Below the pieces are notes generated by a model. That model was given only the letters and a program-made list of their open reading frames with translations. It searched no databases and had not been told where the DNA came from. From NCBI RefSeq assembly GCF_037042905.1, contig NC_087247.1, forward strand, positions 15,500,001 through 15,564,000: a stretch of DNA of 64,000 nucleotides, in the 5' to 3' direction. The stretch is from Lytechinus pictus. Its lineage: Eukaryota. The stretch's first letter is position 1, and every line of letters starts with the position of its first letter. Of this stretch, positions 48,755-61,273 are shown piece by piece. Position numbers and translations under genes: made by a program.

Positions 48755-51209
48755 GTAAGTCTTACAATGATGATTGGCTGAATCTACATCTTGGTCCCGG
48801 TGTCACTAATTTGATTGCTCACAAAATGGTGCAGTGTTGACGTTGATTAACTCACATTCACGATGGATGTTTCATTGCTTTGATGTGTTGTTTGTGCACA
48901 AAAAAATGCATCCTGCTTTTGTTTAGCACTTTCTGCCTTTATTTTTAGTTTTCTTTATAATGCCTCAAACAGTAATGTAGGCAATATTTTAAAGTCCAGT
49001 TTAACTTTAACCATGCCCCAATTCTATGGTTTAACAAGTGGTAGTCAAATGCATTGTAAATCTGATCACCTTAGCTATTCAAAATGTACATGTAAGTATT
49101 TGGAAGTACAACGCTTGGTAAAAGGAAATAAAAAGGCTGTCGTTGAAAGTATAGTATGAAAGAATTGTGATCATTTTCTATAAATATAAATTAAAATTAG
49201 AATTCTGTACAAATAGATTAGTGTAGATGTAATCAAAATTTTGTGATTTTTGCCACCCTTTAAAATATAGTGGTTTAGACCAAGTTTAGATTACATGCTT
49301 TTGAAGAATACTCATTAGTAGTATCATTATTATAATAATAGATGGGATTTGTAATGTGCCAAATCCACTCGGCAGAGTGCCCAAGGTGCAGTGAAAGAAA
49401 GAGAAAAGTACAAACATATTAATAATAGATTCAGGAACAATTAAGAGTAGGAAGCATTGAACAGACACGTCTTAAGGTAACATTTTAATGTGTCAATGGA
49501 AGTGCATTCATGGTTAACCAGGGAATGATCATTCCAGTGAACTGGGCCAATGTGAGCAAAAGCCTGTGCCCCCCCATGTCTTAACAGACTTGGGAACAAC
49601 TAGGGAACCAGAGTTGGTGTCTTTAGATACAGAAAACAAGAAGGCATTTTGCATGGAAGATATTAATAAGGGACAGGTTCTTGTACTCCACTGTATAATA
49701 TAGATTTTGGATCAGTGCATGCATCTATGCTTTCAATCAAACCTTCACCAGTATTTTTCTCTTAGTTTTATGCTCATATTAAACCCAATTCATTATCAGG
49801 GTGAACTTGCCCTTTAATGAATGAGAATAAGATGTCTGTTCGTAACCTGTTTCTATGTAACATGTAGTGATGATTCGAAAAATAAATATTGTTGAATCAC
49901 ACATGTACAATTTGTTTGATAATTAATAGATCTTTTTGCCGTGGTGATAATGATCTAGACATATATATTCTTTGTGTAATTCATATTATTTAAAATGATT
50001 ACAACAGTAGGATAAAAAACAATGATATTGTGCTTATTTACAATTTCCCCCATCAAATGATACAATAAATAGTGTATGTATGCATACTGTAAAAAGGCTT
50101 ACTCACTGGTCACTGATATATTGACTATATTTTATTGACAGTAAATTTTGTCAACTTATTGTCAATAGATGAGGATTTGCATTATATTTGTCTTATTTTG
50201 TATGATTTTAACACTTTATGTGTCTCCTTGATTTTATATAGCGTTTATAATCCTTCCTTTACTGAGCCTATCAGAGCTTTAATTAAAAATGCATTGTCTT
50301 TGTGTTGATGCTAAATCTCTCCTCAGCCAGCCCTCACAAAATCTCTCTCTCTGTCTGTCTGTGGCTGTGTCTCTGTGTGTGCGTCTCTCTCTCTCTTTGA
50401 AAAATTCCATTCTTTAAAAATTTTTTTTTAATCAATTCATTAAATGAATTTATTTTTTTATTCTTAATGTTTTAATTTATTCATTCATTATTTGCATTTA
50501 TTTGTTTATTTATTTGTTTATTTATTTATCCATCCATCCATTTACTAATTTTTATTTTGCTCTTTTTAAGGGTTGGGGTGTTAAAAATTTCTTTCTTGAA
50601 ATAAGTAGATCTAAATTTGCTCTGTAAACCTTTATTCTACTTTATGACCCTCGCAATACATGTACTATTTTTTTCCTTCATTTATTCTTATTTTCTGGCT
50701 TGTTCTATAAATAGCCCTGCATGAAGCAGCACAAAATATGAAACAAAATGACGTATAATATCCTGCTACATGTTTATGCTTTGTAATTGTCAATGCAGTA
50801 TCCTTTCCATTAGCAGTAGCTATCATATTAGTTATCAGAACCATTTACTGATCAGCTCTCTCGTTGCATATTGTGGAGGTATTTATTTGCTATATTATCA
50901 TGATTCTACATAAAAGGTCGGGTAGGAGAGGTAAGCTTTGCTGTAAATCATTTTCTCCCTTGTTTTTGTCGCCATTTCCATGAACCCTTTAATTTTTATT
51001 TTAATTATCATTTTTTTAATTTGACATATTTATTTATCTGTCTGTCTCTCTAGATCTAGATCTATGTACTTCCTGATTTGTGTATTATAGTCATTACCAA
51101 ACTAAGGTTCCAATACATTCTCATTCTTCAGACTACAACCTGTACTTTGTGCTATAAGAACTGTATTATCATTATCATTATTATTATTACTGAACTGACT
51201 AACCTACTT

Positions 51210-51241
<32 letters not shown>

Positions 51242-51333
51242 TCAGTGCTTTCTCATCTCTCTTCTTTAATGAGGGGACTTAGGCATAGTATACTTATTTT
51301 ACATTTGATTTTGATGAAGTTTTCAATTAAAAA

Positions 51334-51986
51334 AGGTACTCCAGGCTGAAAAAAACCAGGCTGAAAAAAATATTTCGATGGGATATCTTATTTAGATATC
51401 GTTTTCAAGCTCCTACAGCTTATGATGATCCTCACATGTATGTATTCTATGAATGATTATTCCAATGACAAATGTTATGTAACATTGACATTGATGTATA
51501 CATGTATATATGAATAAAATCAATCTAGGTAGAGAAAAATTCAACTAACTCGCAAATCACTGAAAATTTATCAAATCTGATAAGCAATTTTGTTTGAAAA
51601 CGTATGTCATCATCATGACTAGAAATGGACTGATGATGTCATGCCCCTACTATCCTTTGTCTTATTAAATTATTACATGAAATCATAATCATATCATCGT
51701 TTTTCATATGTGCATGTAAAACATGTCTATTGTGCAACAAAATTAGTTTTACTTAGCAATTATGACCTCACATATTGATTTAAAAAAAATACGAAGTAAA
51801 AAGTGAGGGCATGTCATCAGCTTGCTCATGGCATTCATAAGTACTTGCATAGAATTATTTCACTGAACTAATTAAAAAAATAAAAATCGTCATAATTTTT
51901 TTTGTGTGTATTTAATTTTGATCACATTTTCAATGTTTTGTTTTGCCTACTTTTGTCTGTCTATTCAAATAAATCCTGGAGTACCT
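51334..51986. mobile_element. Degenerate Kolobok-like element related to family C
   Basis: aggtactccagg / cctggagtacct ends, TTAA at the right end; gatgatgtca internal motif. Confidence 0.65.
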
Positions 51987-53528
51987 TTAAATTTTATATG
52001 ATCTTGTTTTCCTCCAAGTCTTTTGCTGTTAGTGGCGACATAGCATTTTTATAGAAACGTATACACAAATATAGTGGTCTATGAATGCTACATATTTTGG
52101 GAATTAGATCATTCCCCTAAAATGATGATGATGTATGGAAAACTGAAGAATATACCAGATTGCACTCAAAATAAATCTTTCTTTATTAAAGATTTTATAA
52201 AAAATGATAGTGCACATTTTATCTGTGCTATCATTTGAAATGAATAATCATTTCCTCCTTTACCTATGTACAGGAAAATCCTGTTTTTTTTTTTTATTGT
52301 GGGTTGCAGGCTATGTTGTTTCAGATCTTTGCACATGTCTGAACTGCTGAACATATGTGTGCCTTATGATAGCATTGGATTTGTATTATTATCTGAAAAA
52401 AATAATTATTTTCTGGCAATTTCTCAGTCATACTTCCTTCCTGGCCTGTCAATAATTCAGTATTTAAAGGGATAGGAGTGAGCATTGGGGAAAATTTTCA
52501 TTTTCATATTTTTGTGGAAATTTTTCTTCTTTAAAATTTCCTCCAATTTCATTCTGCGTTAGTTTTTCAAATACATTCAATAAGCATTGGATTGGCCTTT
52601 TTGGTAAAGGGAGGTGCTGAAAAGTGAAAAATTGAATGTCCTTTTTATGGAAAACTGTTCAAGCTCTTGAATTTATGACCTCTGTTAAAACTTATCTTTA
52701 CCCTTGTAGTGAAGATAACTACATACCGGTAATGGTTACTGGGGTATTCTTGGTAGCAAACAATAACACTGCATTTTTCTCATTTCATTTCCTTGTCTAA
52801 TATGCAAGTAACCTCCCGAAAGAAAATTGTTTATTTTAATATTACTAATCATATCCTTGATATTGTCACTCTAGGTAATTCTCCTTATTTTCACTAACAT
52901 TGGTTTGTGATTTCCTAAATATTTTGTATTGGTTATTCATATAAGATTTCAAGAATGTTGTATCACAGATTTTCACTGTTACAGTGCTTTTTTGGAGTTT
53001 AATTTGTGTTCAAGCATACTTTGCTTGCTATGAAAATGTTTCCGTTAATGAATATTTGCTTCTGGTTTTGTTCTTTATTTCGCCTGCACCTACATGTACA
53101 TCTGCATGTAACATGTAACACAAAAATGACATTTTATGGTATGATTGAATGTTAGTTATTCTGATTGTACACATTGGATAAATGGAATCAATTGTTGAAA
53201 TACATGATACAAGTCCCGTGGTCAGTTGCAATGCCGTATGTGTGTGTTATTCTCTACCTAATGCAATACAACTATCTCTATTGAGGTTTTTTTTTCTCTA
53301 CTTCATTTTGATACCCAAGGAGATGGCTCATTAGCTTTTCTTTTGTTGTTTGTTACCTTTCATTTACTATATCTCTAGATTAACACATGATTATTTTCTC
53401 TGTTTTTTCACAAAGTGTTTCTGCGATGCAGAAAGAATTTATTTATTTGTCTTGTAAACAAGAAGTTACTTCCTTCTTTTTATTCAGTGATTCTAACCCC
53501 AAACACCTTTAGTAGGAGATTCTCCCAC

Positions 53529-53969
53529 AGAGAGGCCGTTCTCATTACGCTTTCTAAAACTAGTTTACTGGAAACCGATTCAGGAAACCACTTTGGAAGA
53601 TCGCTTTGCTAGTGTTCCCACTTGATCACACGAAAGTGGTTTTCAAAATCACTTCACGTAAAGCGCTCTTGTTGCTATGGAAACGCTCTCAGTGGGGTGA
53701 CACGTTTCGCGCGAAATTCGAAACCGCATTCTACACCTGTCGTGTGGAGTAGGGCGCTCAAAATGTGCGAAGATAGCTTCCCGAAGAACGGTTGTGTCCT
53801 CACTTAAAACCAGTTTAACGAGGCAAAGCGATCTTGAAAACTACATCAGGAGGTGGTTTTCCAAACTGGTTTGGAAGATCGCTTCCAAGACCGCTTCGAC
53901 CGTTCTCACTACGCGTTAAACTAGTTTCCACTAAACTAGTTTTAGGAATGTAGTGAGAACAGCCTCTCT
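53529..53969. mobile_element. MITE with AAACTAGTTT subterminal palindromes
   Basis: agagaggccgttctcattac / gtagtgagaacagcctctct. Confidence 0.8.
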
Positions 53970-54038
53970 CTTAACTTACAAACAGCTTTATGACACCCAC
54001 CCACCTGGTATCTCTTTGGGCTCTTATCTTTTCTACAG

Positions 54039-54149
54039 GTCGTACTACTACTTCACCTTCCTGTTCTCCGATGTGTATTAACAGTGGTATATGTATCAAT
54101 GGTGCCTGTGTGTGCCCTGCTGATTTCTATGGAGAGCTCTGTCAGTTCC
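54039..54149 (+). CDS. CUB/LDLa/EGF membrane protein, exon 8 (EGF-like 2)
   Basis: CSPMCINSGICINGACVCPADFYGELCQ; ttctacag acceptor, C|gtatgt donor, phase 1/1. Confidence 0.9.
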
Positions 54150-55021
54150 GTATGTTCTTTTTCTTTCTCTCAATAATAGTAATCACTCTTTACTAATCTC
54201 ACAGATGTAGGGTAATTCGGAGTGTGATGTTCACCTGATTTTGTTCATTCTTTCAGTGTATATTTATTGTCATGTTAGAGTAAGAGCCCGGGGGGCCAGT
54301 CAAATATATTGCTGTACACAAATGTGACCCAAAAAACGCTTTTAAAGGTGTTTTTTCCAGTTTTGGACGCCGGCCGCGCGTGCACTCATTAAGGGTATCA
54401 AAAACAACGATTTAAAAAAAAAGGGTGGTTTTGAAAGACTTGTCAATGGTCAATCGCGGGGTCAAACGTATATAGGGTTTTTTTTTTCCAAAGCTTTTTT
54501 TTTAAAGACTAGCCAAACGTGTTTAGGGTATGTTTTTTCCCCCCGGGGCTTTTTCCTCCTCGTTTCTGAAAGTGTCCGGGTTCTTCTTCCCTATTGTGTT
54601 ATTTAACCCTGTACTGCACTTGGGGCATGCAATACCCATGAATATAGTTTCGTCTATTTAAGCTAAACAAGACAAAAACTTGTTTAGGGGTCATATTCTG
54701 GTGACAACTTGTTTAGGAGCCAAAATGTGTAAATGAAGCCTGCCAAAAACTTGTTAAGGGGGTTATTTGCACACTCGTTTAGGGGATGTTTGGAAATAAT
54801 TTGGTCATGCATGTGTACATTCAATTAATTTTGCTTGTTTTGGGTATTAGCCTGAAGAGAACTTTGTTGTTTATGGGGTATTTACTGATGCAGTGTGACT
54901 AATTATGGGTATCTGTACATGCATCAAAGCTCAACAATGTTGACCCAAGTTCACCCAAAACAGGTAAAATTTCTGTTGTGTCAAAGTTCAGTGAACAATT
55001 TCTTTTCCTCAATGCATTCAG

Positions 55022-55204
55022 GTAATGGATCCAATTCAGATTTCACTGACTTACAGCATACATCCATCATGATTGGTGCGTTTGTTGGTGCTGTGTGTCT
55101 TCTCTCTGTCTGCTGGCTTATCGCCATGGCAAGGAAACGATACCAGGATGAACCCGCCCCTGGCACTGGTCGACATCAACGTATCGTCAGTGTTCATACA
55201 TTAG
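55022..55204 (+). CDS. CUB/LDLa/EGF membrane protein, exon 9 (transmembrane)
   Basis: IMIGAFVGAVCLLSVCWLIAMA followed by an RKR stop-transfer; phase 1/1. Confidence 0.9.
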
Positions 55205-55465
55205 GTATAGTTTTCTCTTTAACAGTAGGACCATTTTATTTAAAGGGATTGAGTAATTTTGTGGAGGTTTACAAAAATCTGAGCTGTGTGGTTCCCCATG
55301 CTGTCAGTGCATTCGATAATGTTTCAAAAGGAAACCCTGTTATTTCATAGCATTATTACTTGCTTTACAATATTAAAAGGAAAAACTGATTATTTTCCCA
55401 CAATAACCTACAGTCTTTACTTATGCATCTGTATGTACTACAGTCATCATTATCACAGCAATTAA

Positions 55466-56039
55466 AGGGACAAGTCCACCCCAATAAAAGATAATCCAAC
55501 AAACATAACACTGAAAATTTCATCGAAATCGGATGTAAATTAAGAAAGTTATGACATTTTAAAATTTTGCTTAATTTCACTGAAACAATTAAATTCACTT
55601 CCTGGTCAGTATGCAAATGAGGGAACTGATGACATCACTCACTCACCATTTCTTTTGTATTTTATTATATGAAATATTTTTTAATTTTCTCATTGGACCT
55701 GTGAAACAAAGTTTTATTCCTCCCTGAACGTGTGGTATTACCATTATTTTAATATTTTATGGTTCAGTTGAGTTGGTCCTTATTGTAAAATCTGCAAAAA
55801 TATAATTATTATATAATTCAAACAATAAAAAACAAAAGAAATAGTGAGTGAGATCATCGACTCTGTCATGTGCATGTCACTGAGTTGTGGATATAATTGT
55901 TTTGTGAAAAATAAGCGAACCTTTAAATTGTCGTAACTTTCTTAGTTAACTTCCGATTTTGATGAAATTTTCAGTGTTATGCTTGTTTGATTTTTCTATA
56001 TTGATTAAAATCAATATTTTTCTGGGGTGGTCTTGACCT
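55466..56039. mobile_element. Family C Kolobok-like copy
   Basis: TTAA flanks; TIR agggacaagtccacccc / ggggtggtcttgacct. Confidence 0.88.
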
Positions 56040-56477
56040 TTAAGCAAAGGAAATCTGTGGCTGTGTGTGTATTTGAATTTGGGCATTTTAAATCTCATCA
56101 ACTAAATCTCGGAGTATGGCACTGATAAACAATGACCTCTAGGCAAATAATTTTGACCCTGACCATTAGAAGCAGTCATTATTATATAACCGGACCCAAT
56201 GACCTCACTGCTTGGAGTTTTTTTAAATTTCATAATGGCCCTCTATCAGCCAATTACAGAGGCACTGTAATACAATACAAATCCCATAATGCAGGTGAGA
56301 CTGACAATGGCATTCCACTTGTTTTATCTATCAATCCAAACATTCCATGTAATGAAATACCAATCATCTCTCTACTTTTGGTGTAAAATAAATGATATTG
56401 TATTGCAATTATTCTTGTTACCATTCCAAGAAATATTAATAGCAATCGAAATAATAATGTTATTTTTTCCTTGGCAG

Positions 56478-57016
56478 AAGAAGCAGGCTTACGGCGGAAC
56501 ACAACTATAACAGACAACCAGGATATCCCTCCAGAGTACAGTATCGCCTGTCGTCGCGACAGTCGACGTGGTAGTCGCCAAGGTTCATTTGCAAAGCGTT
56601 ACCGGCCATCCATAGATTCAATGGGGCCTTTGTCACCACCGCCTGCTTATGAAGTTGTTGCCGGTGAAGTCGGTTTGGAGAATTATGACGGCATTGCATT
56701 CAGAATACCAGAGGTTGAGGAGAGAAACCTACCAGATGTGGTCAACAGAGAACTGATGTCAGCAACACCAGCACAACCTCCACCACCAGCTCAGCAACAA
56801 ACGGTCTACCATGAAACAGAGATACATGATGAGCCACAGCAATCTGCAACGCAGTCATCGCCAACACCACCATCATCAACAACACCACCACCATCAACAT
56901 CGTCGCCACTGTCAACAACGCCGCCAGCATCAACACCACCACCATCAACAACGCCACCACCATCATCACCCACAGCAACAACAGCAAAAGCAGTTCCTCA
57001 GGACACACTTGTATGA
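56478..57016 (+). CDS. CUB/LDLa/EGF membrane protein, exon 10 (cytoplasmic tail and stop)
   Basis: ttttttccttggcag acceptor; PPEY, PPPAY, RRDSRRGS, Pro/Ser/Thr repeat, ends DTLV-TGA; summed CDS is 1962 nt = 653 aa plus stop. Confidence 0.88.
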
Positions 57017-58333
57017 CCAAAACACTGCCCTCTATTGTTAATAAACTGTATAATCTTTGCTTCAGAGATTGTTGTATGTCATATTTTAGGTTCAGACAAC
57101 AAGCTTGAAGAAGTTGAGAGACATTGGTCATCTGGTTATACATTTCTTTATGTGCCTTTGTATATCAGGTATTTCTTATGCACATACATACATAAATCTC
57201 GTACTTTAATGTAATTTATCAGAACATTTGCAGACCTTTGATTGAATACGTATCATTTTTATGGTAGGACCCTTTCACTCATACAATACATTCAGTATGA
57301 AAATAGTACTGAAAAATAAATGAGTTTCTGTATTTTGCCTTTTATTTTTCTCTTCATAACCCTTTTTTTTTTTTCTGCAGTAACTTGTATTTTGATATAA
57401 CATTGTACCTCTGAATTTCATTATTTCTTTATTTTTATAAATGTACCAGAATAAGAAAAATTCACATGAATCATTATGCAATGGCATTGTTTACAAGCTT
57501 GTGATCTAATGATATGTTAGTTAGAACATAGACCTCTAGTAGGTCCATGGTTCGAATAAGAAAAAATATGACACACAGAGAGTACCGAAAAGTTTATTGA
57601 GGCACTTCATATAGATCATTATATCTTTGTAGATAATGAATACAGCAATATAATGAAGCAAAGGAATATGTTCCTTTAGTACATTGCATTTTTAAAATCT
57701 GACCTTTCTTTTTAGATAATCTTATTTCATATTTTACATGTACATGTGTGTAGGTTTAATGATTTCATACCAATCCAATACCAATGGAGAATAATTGTGA
57801 TATTTCATTAACCATGGCTTGAGTCACTTTACATGTGTTAATGTTGAGGATATCTTGTTTTCATTAAAAGGAAAAAAAAAACTTCATTATTCATACATTT
57901 ATTATTCAACAATTCTTAAACGTTTTAATTCATATGCCTCTCCAGTTGTACTTAAGGGAAAATATGGCTTTCTACTTTGATGATATATATTTACATGTAA
58001 GAGTATTATCACAGGGAATAGGCTACTGGTACATATATTTCAAAATTTGAGTTTCTACGTAAAAATTGACAAAACAAGTCGTAACATGATTGAAACACAT
58101 TGTCTTTTTTAATTGGATTTCACTCATGAAATAATAAAATAAACATTAACTGAACTGCTGGACAATCAAATTGTGGTCATAGTTTAACACCATTTTCAGG
58201 TTAGAATATTTATTTGTCTTTATCGTCATGCAAAGTTGTCTATGTTTTGAAGAGTATTTTATGATAAATGAATTTAGATTTGATACACGGTTTGCCTTTG
58301 CTTTAAGGGAATGCTATTATGGTATTGTGTCTT

Positions 58334-58556
58334 NNNNNNNNNNNNNNNNNNNNNNNNNNNNNNNNNNNNNNNNNNNNNNNNNNNNNNNNNNNNNNNNNNN
58401 NNNNNNNNNNNNNNNNNNNNNNNNNNNNNNNNNNNNNNNNNNNNNNNNNNNNNNNNNNNNNNNNNNNNNNNNNNNNNNNNNNNNNNNNNNNNNNNNNNNN
58501 NNNNNNNNNNNNNNNNNNNNNNNNNNNNNNNNNNNNNNNNNNNNNNNNNNNNNNNN
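58334..58556. other. Assembly gap (223 N)
   Basis: Run of n. Confidence 1.
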
Positions 58557-61273
58557 ATATATCTCATTATCCTGACTAAGTTAGAGTAAAATATGACCCT
58601 TTTCATTGTACTCTTATCATGTCATCTTTCTGTTAAAATAAAAAATATCACCTGTAGGTGATATCCCCCAAACAAGGTAAAAAAAAAAAAGGTGTCTTAT
58701 TTTGTATATTTAAAAAGGTTTACGGGTACTATCAGAAGATCTTTTAATCATTTAATTCAATTTTAATAATGTGAATATGATAATTGAGAGATGCAAGGAA
58801 ATAATTTGTAGATTTAAATTGGATAAATGAACAGTATTTTCAAATGATGTAGACATCACGAGGCCTGCATTGGCCTAGAGAACAATTATGAGGCCTTGTG
58901 TTTGTACTTTGTCCCTCTGCTTTGGCCGTAGGTCCCATTGCTTTGGCCTAATGGGATAGGTGAGTGGATGCTTCAGAAATAAGGTAACAGTGAGTCAATG
59001 GAACCTGCATCTGGAGTACTTTTTTCCGTATGTGGCGTTGCCCTATTAGTTTATTGTCTTTTACTCTTTTCCTAGCGCATTTGGATTTAACATCTTTTTC
59101 TTATTAAACGAAATACTCATATTATGCTACGCAGAAAATAACAGCAACGATTTTCAGAATACCTATACACATTGTAACCAAATACTTTGTAGTCTGTTCA
59201 CCAACTATTTCACCCGTTCTCCATTTCTTGTTCTACAAGTGGTTCTTTCTTTTTGACATATTCACCTTTTTATGGTTTATTCTTTACTTTGGATCATTGC
59301 AACCCCCCCCCCCCTGTCTATGACATTTTAATTTGAAACTTTTGCATAAACATTATGATAAACCTCTACACTGTTAATCCCTTTTAATGTTATTGGGGGT
59401 CATACAAAAAGAGTAGCAATCATACGTATCTTGATTATCCATCGATCAGAAGCGTGAATCTCAGACGTGCACATGATTTTAGAGTTGTGCGTCAACAAAA
59501 CTATTGTTGCAATAGGCTTCATGTTATCTGTAGATACATCTCTGTCCACAAAATGGAAAATACAGGTGTACATATGATGTTATAGTTATCACCCAAAATG
59601 TGTTATATCACATTCATGTGAATAGCATTTTGTAGTGTGTGCATGCTAGCGTGCAAGCTTTGCTTGTTCATCACAGAATTCTTATGCTTATGTTCTTACT
59701 GCATTGATATCGACATAATCTATATTGCACTCTCTTTCTGTATAGCATCTGTTGAAAGGCGCACAATTATTATTATTGTAATTCCAGCTTTAAGGTAATG
59801 ATGCTGACATTTAATGTTAATTATTCCTACATTAGTATTTGATATATATGTATGTTTGATTTCTTCCTTTGTTGTATTTGATTTTTTCATATTTTGACTC
59901 GTATTATGTTCAATGACTGGTGCATTGTTTCAATCAGTAACAATATATTTTTCCTTCTTGATATGAAAGTGTTTTACTGCTTTTTATTTTTTACAAGAAA
60001 AAATAGAAAAATAATTGAATATCATCTTCTGATCTATTTTTGTATGCCTACTGCATGAAATATGAATATTAAAATTGAAGTCTCTACTAGCACATTCTTT
60101 GTAGATTACAGCATGAATTGTAGTTGATGTAGACATAAGGATTGGGTATATTTGTTTTATTCCTATATAATGAGCAGTGCTGCCTAATGTTCTTTTTAAT
60201 ATATATTTGTATCCATATATGCAGTACTGCAGGTCATTAGAAAAGAGATCTATTTTTTGCTAAAAATTATAGAAATGTATGAACCAAAAATGTAATAAAT
60301 GTTTTGTACATCAGTATAGAATTCAACATCATTTACTTGGTATTATTGTGATCTCTGCACATTGTGATTTGACAAGAAATTTGGGTTGGCTACATTGTGT
60401 ACATGTAATTTTTCTTCAAATTTTAGAAAAATGTATATGTTAAAGGAGGAGTATTAATATCTAATAGGTAATATGAAACTGAATTTCAGAATTTAATCAT
60501 GTTTTTAGGTGAAATAGATTTTTTTTTTAAATCCAAAGATAAATAAATACTGCAAGATTGTGGCCGGTTTGTACAGAGATTTTCAAATAGGAGATTACCT
60601 TGTATGTCACGTTGGATTCTTACTAGATTGATATTAATTTACGTGTGCATCAACAGATATTTGTATTTGTAATCTATTTATATAAATCATGTAAACACAA
60701 TTTATGCTGATCTGTATTTATTTGCATCAAATAGATATATGAATTTGCATGATAAATGCACAAATTATTACCATGAATCTAAAAAACATCGGAGGACAGG
60801 AATATTTATTTTCAAAAAAGTGATTTGTGATTATTGACTTCCGTGTATGAAATCATGGAAGGAAACAAACCCATTTCCCAGTACACATTTGTGTATTATG
60901 AGAAAGAGGATCTTGCAATATTATACAATTTTGAATATATGCGGAGGCCAAGAAGTATGAAGTCAGTTCCCTAATTCACCAATTCAATTCAAGATGGTAT
61001 CATTTCTTGGTCCTAACGAGTTTATCATTTATCAGGAGCAGGTTGTCCAATTCGTTTACACATTTGACAGAAATAATGAAAAAGTGTGATGGTTTGGCAT
61101 CACTTTATTTTCATCACACTTATTTTGGATTATGCATAGTGACTCATGTCATTGTAAGTTCTTTTTTTACATTGATTTGAATTCATTATCTCTAGATAAC
61201 ACCATTTACATTGTACATTGATAATGATATTCTGCTTTTGGTATAGTGCTTTCTACATAGAAAAAAAGAAATT

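Noticed and set aside
52710-52728. Possible micro-exon between the two EGF exons (cccttgtag...g|gtaatg)
   Set aside because: 19 nt would break the reading frame; exons 7 and 8 already join in phase.
56742-57143. Overlapping poly-His/Gln ORF (56811-57041 +) and Val/Met-rich antisense ORF
   Set aside because: Alternative-frame shadows of the (CCA/TCA/ACA)n Pro-Ser-Thr repeat in the real exon.
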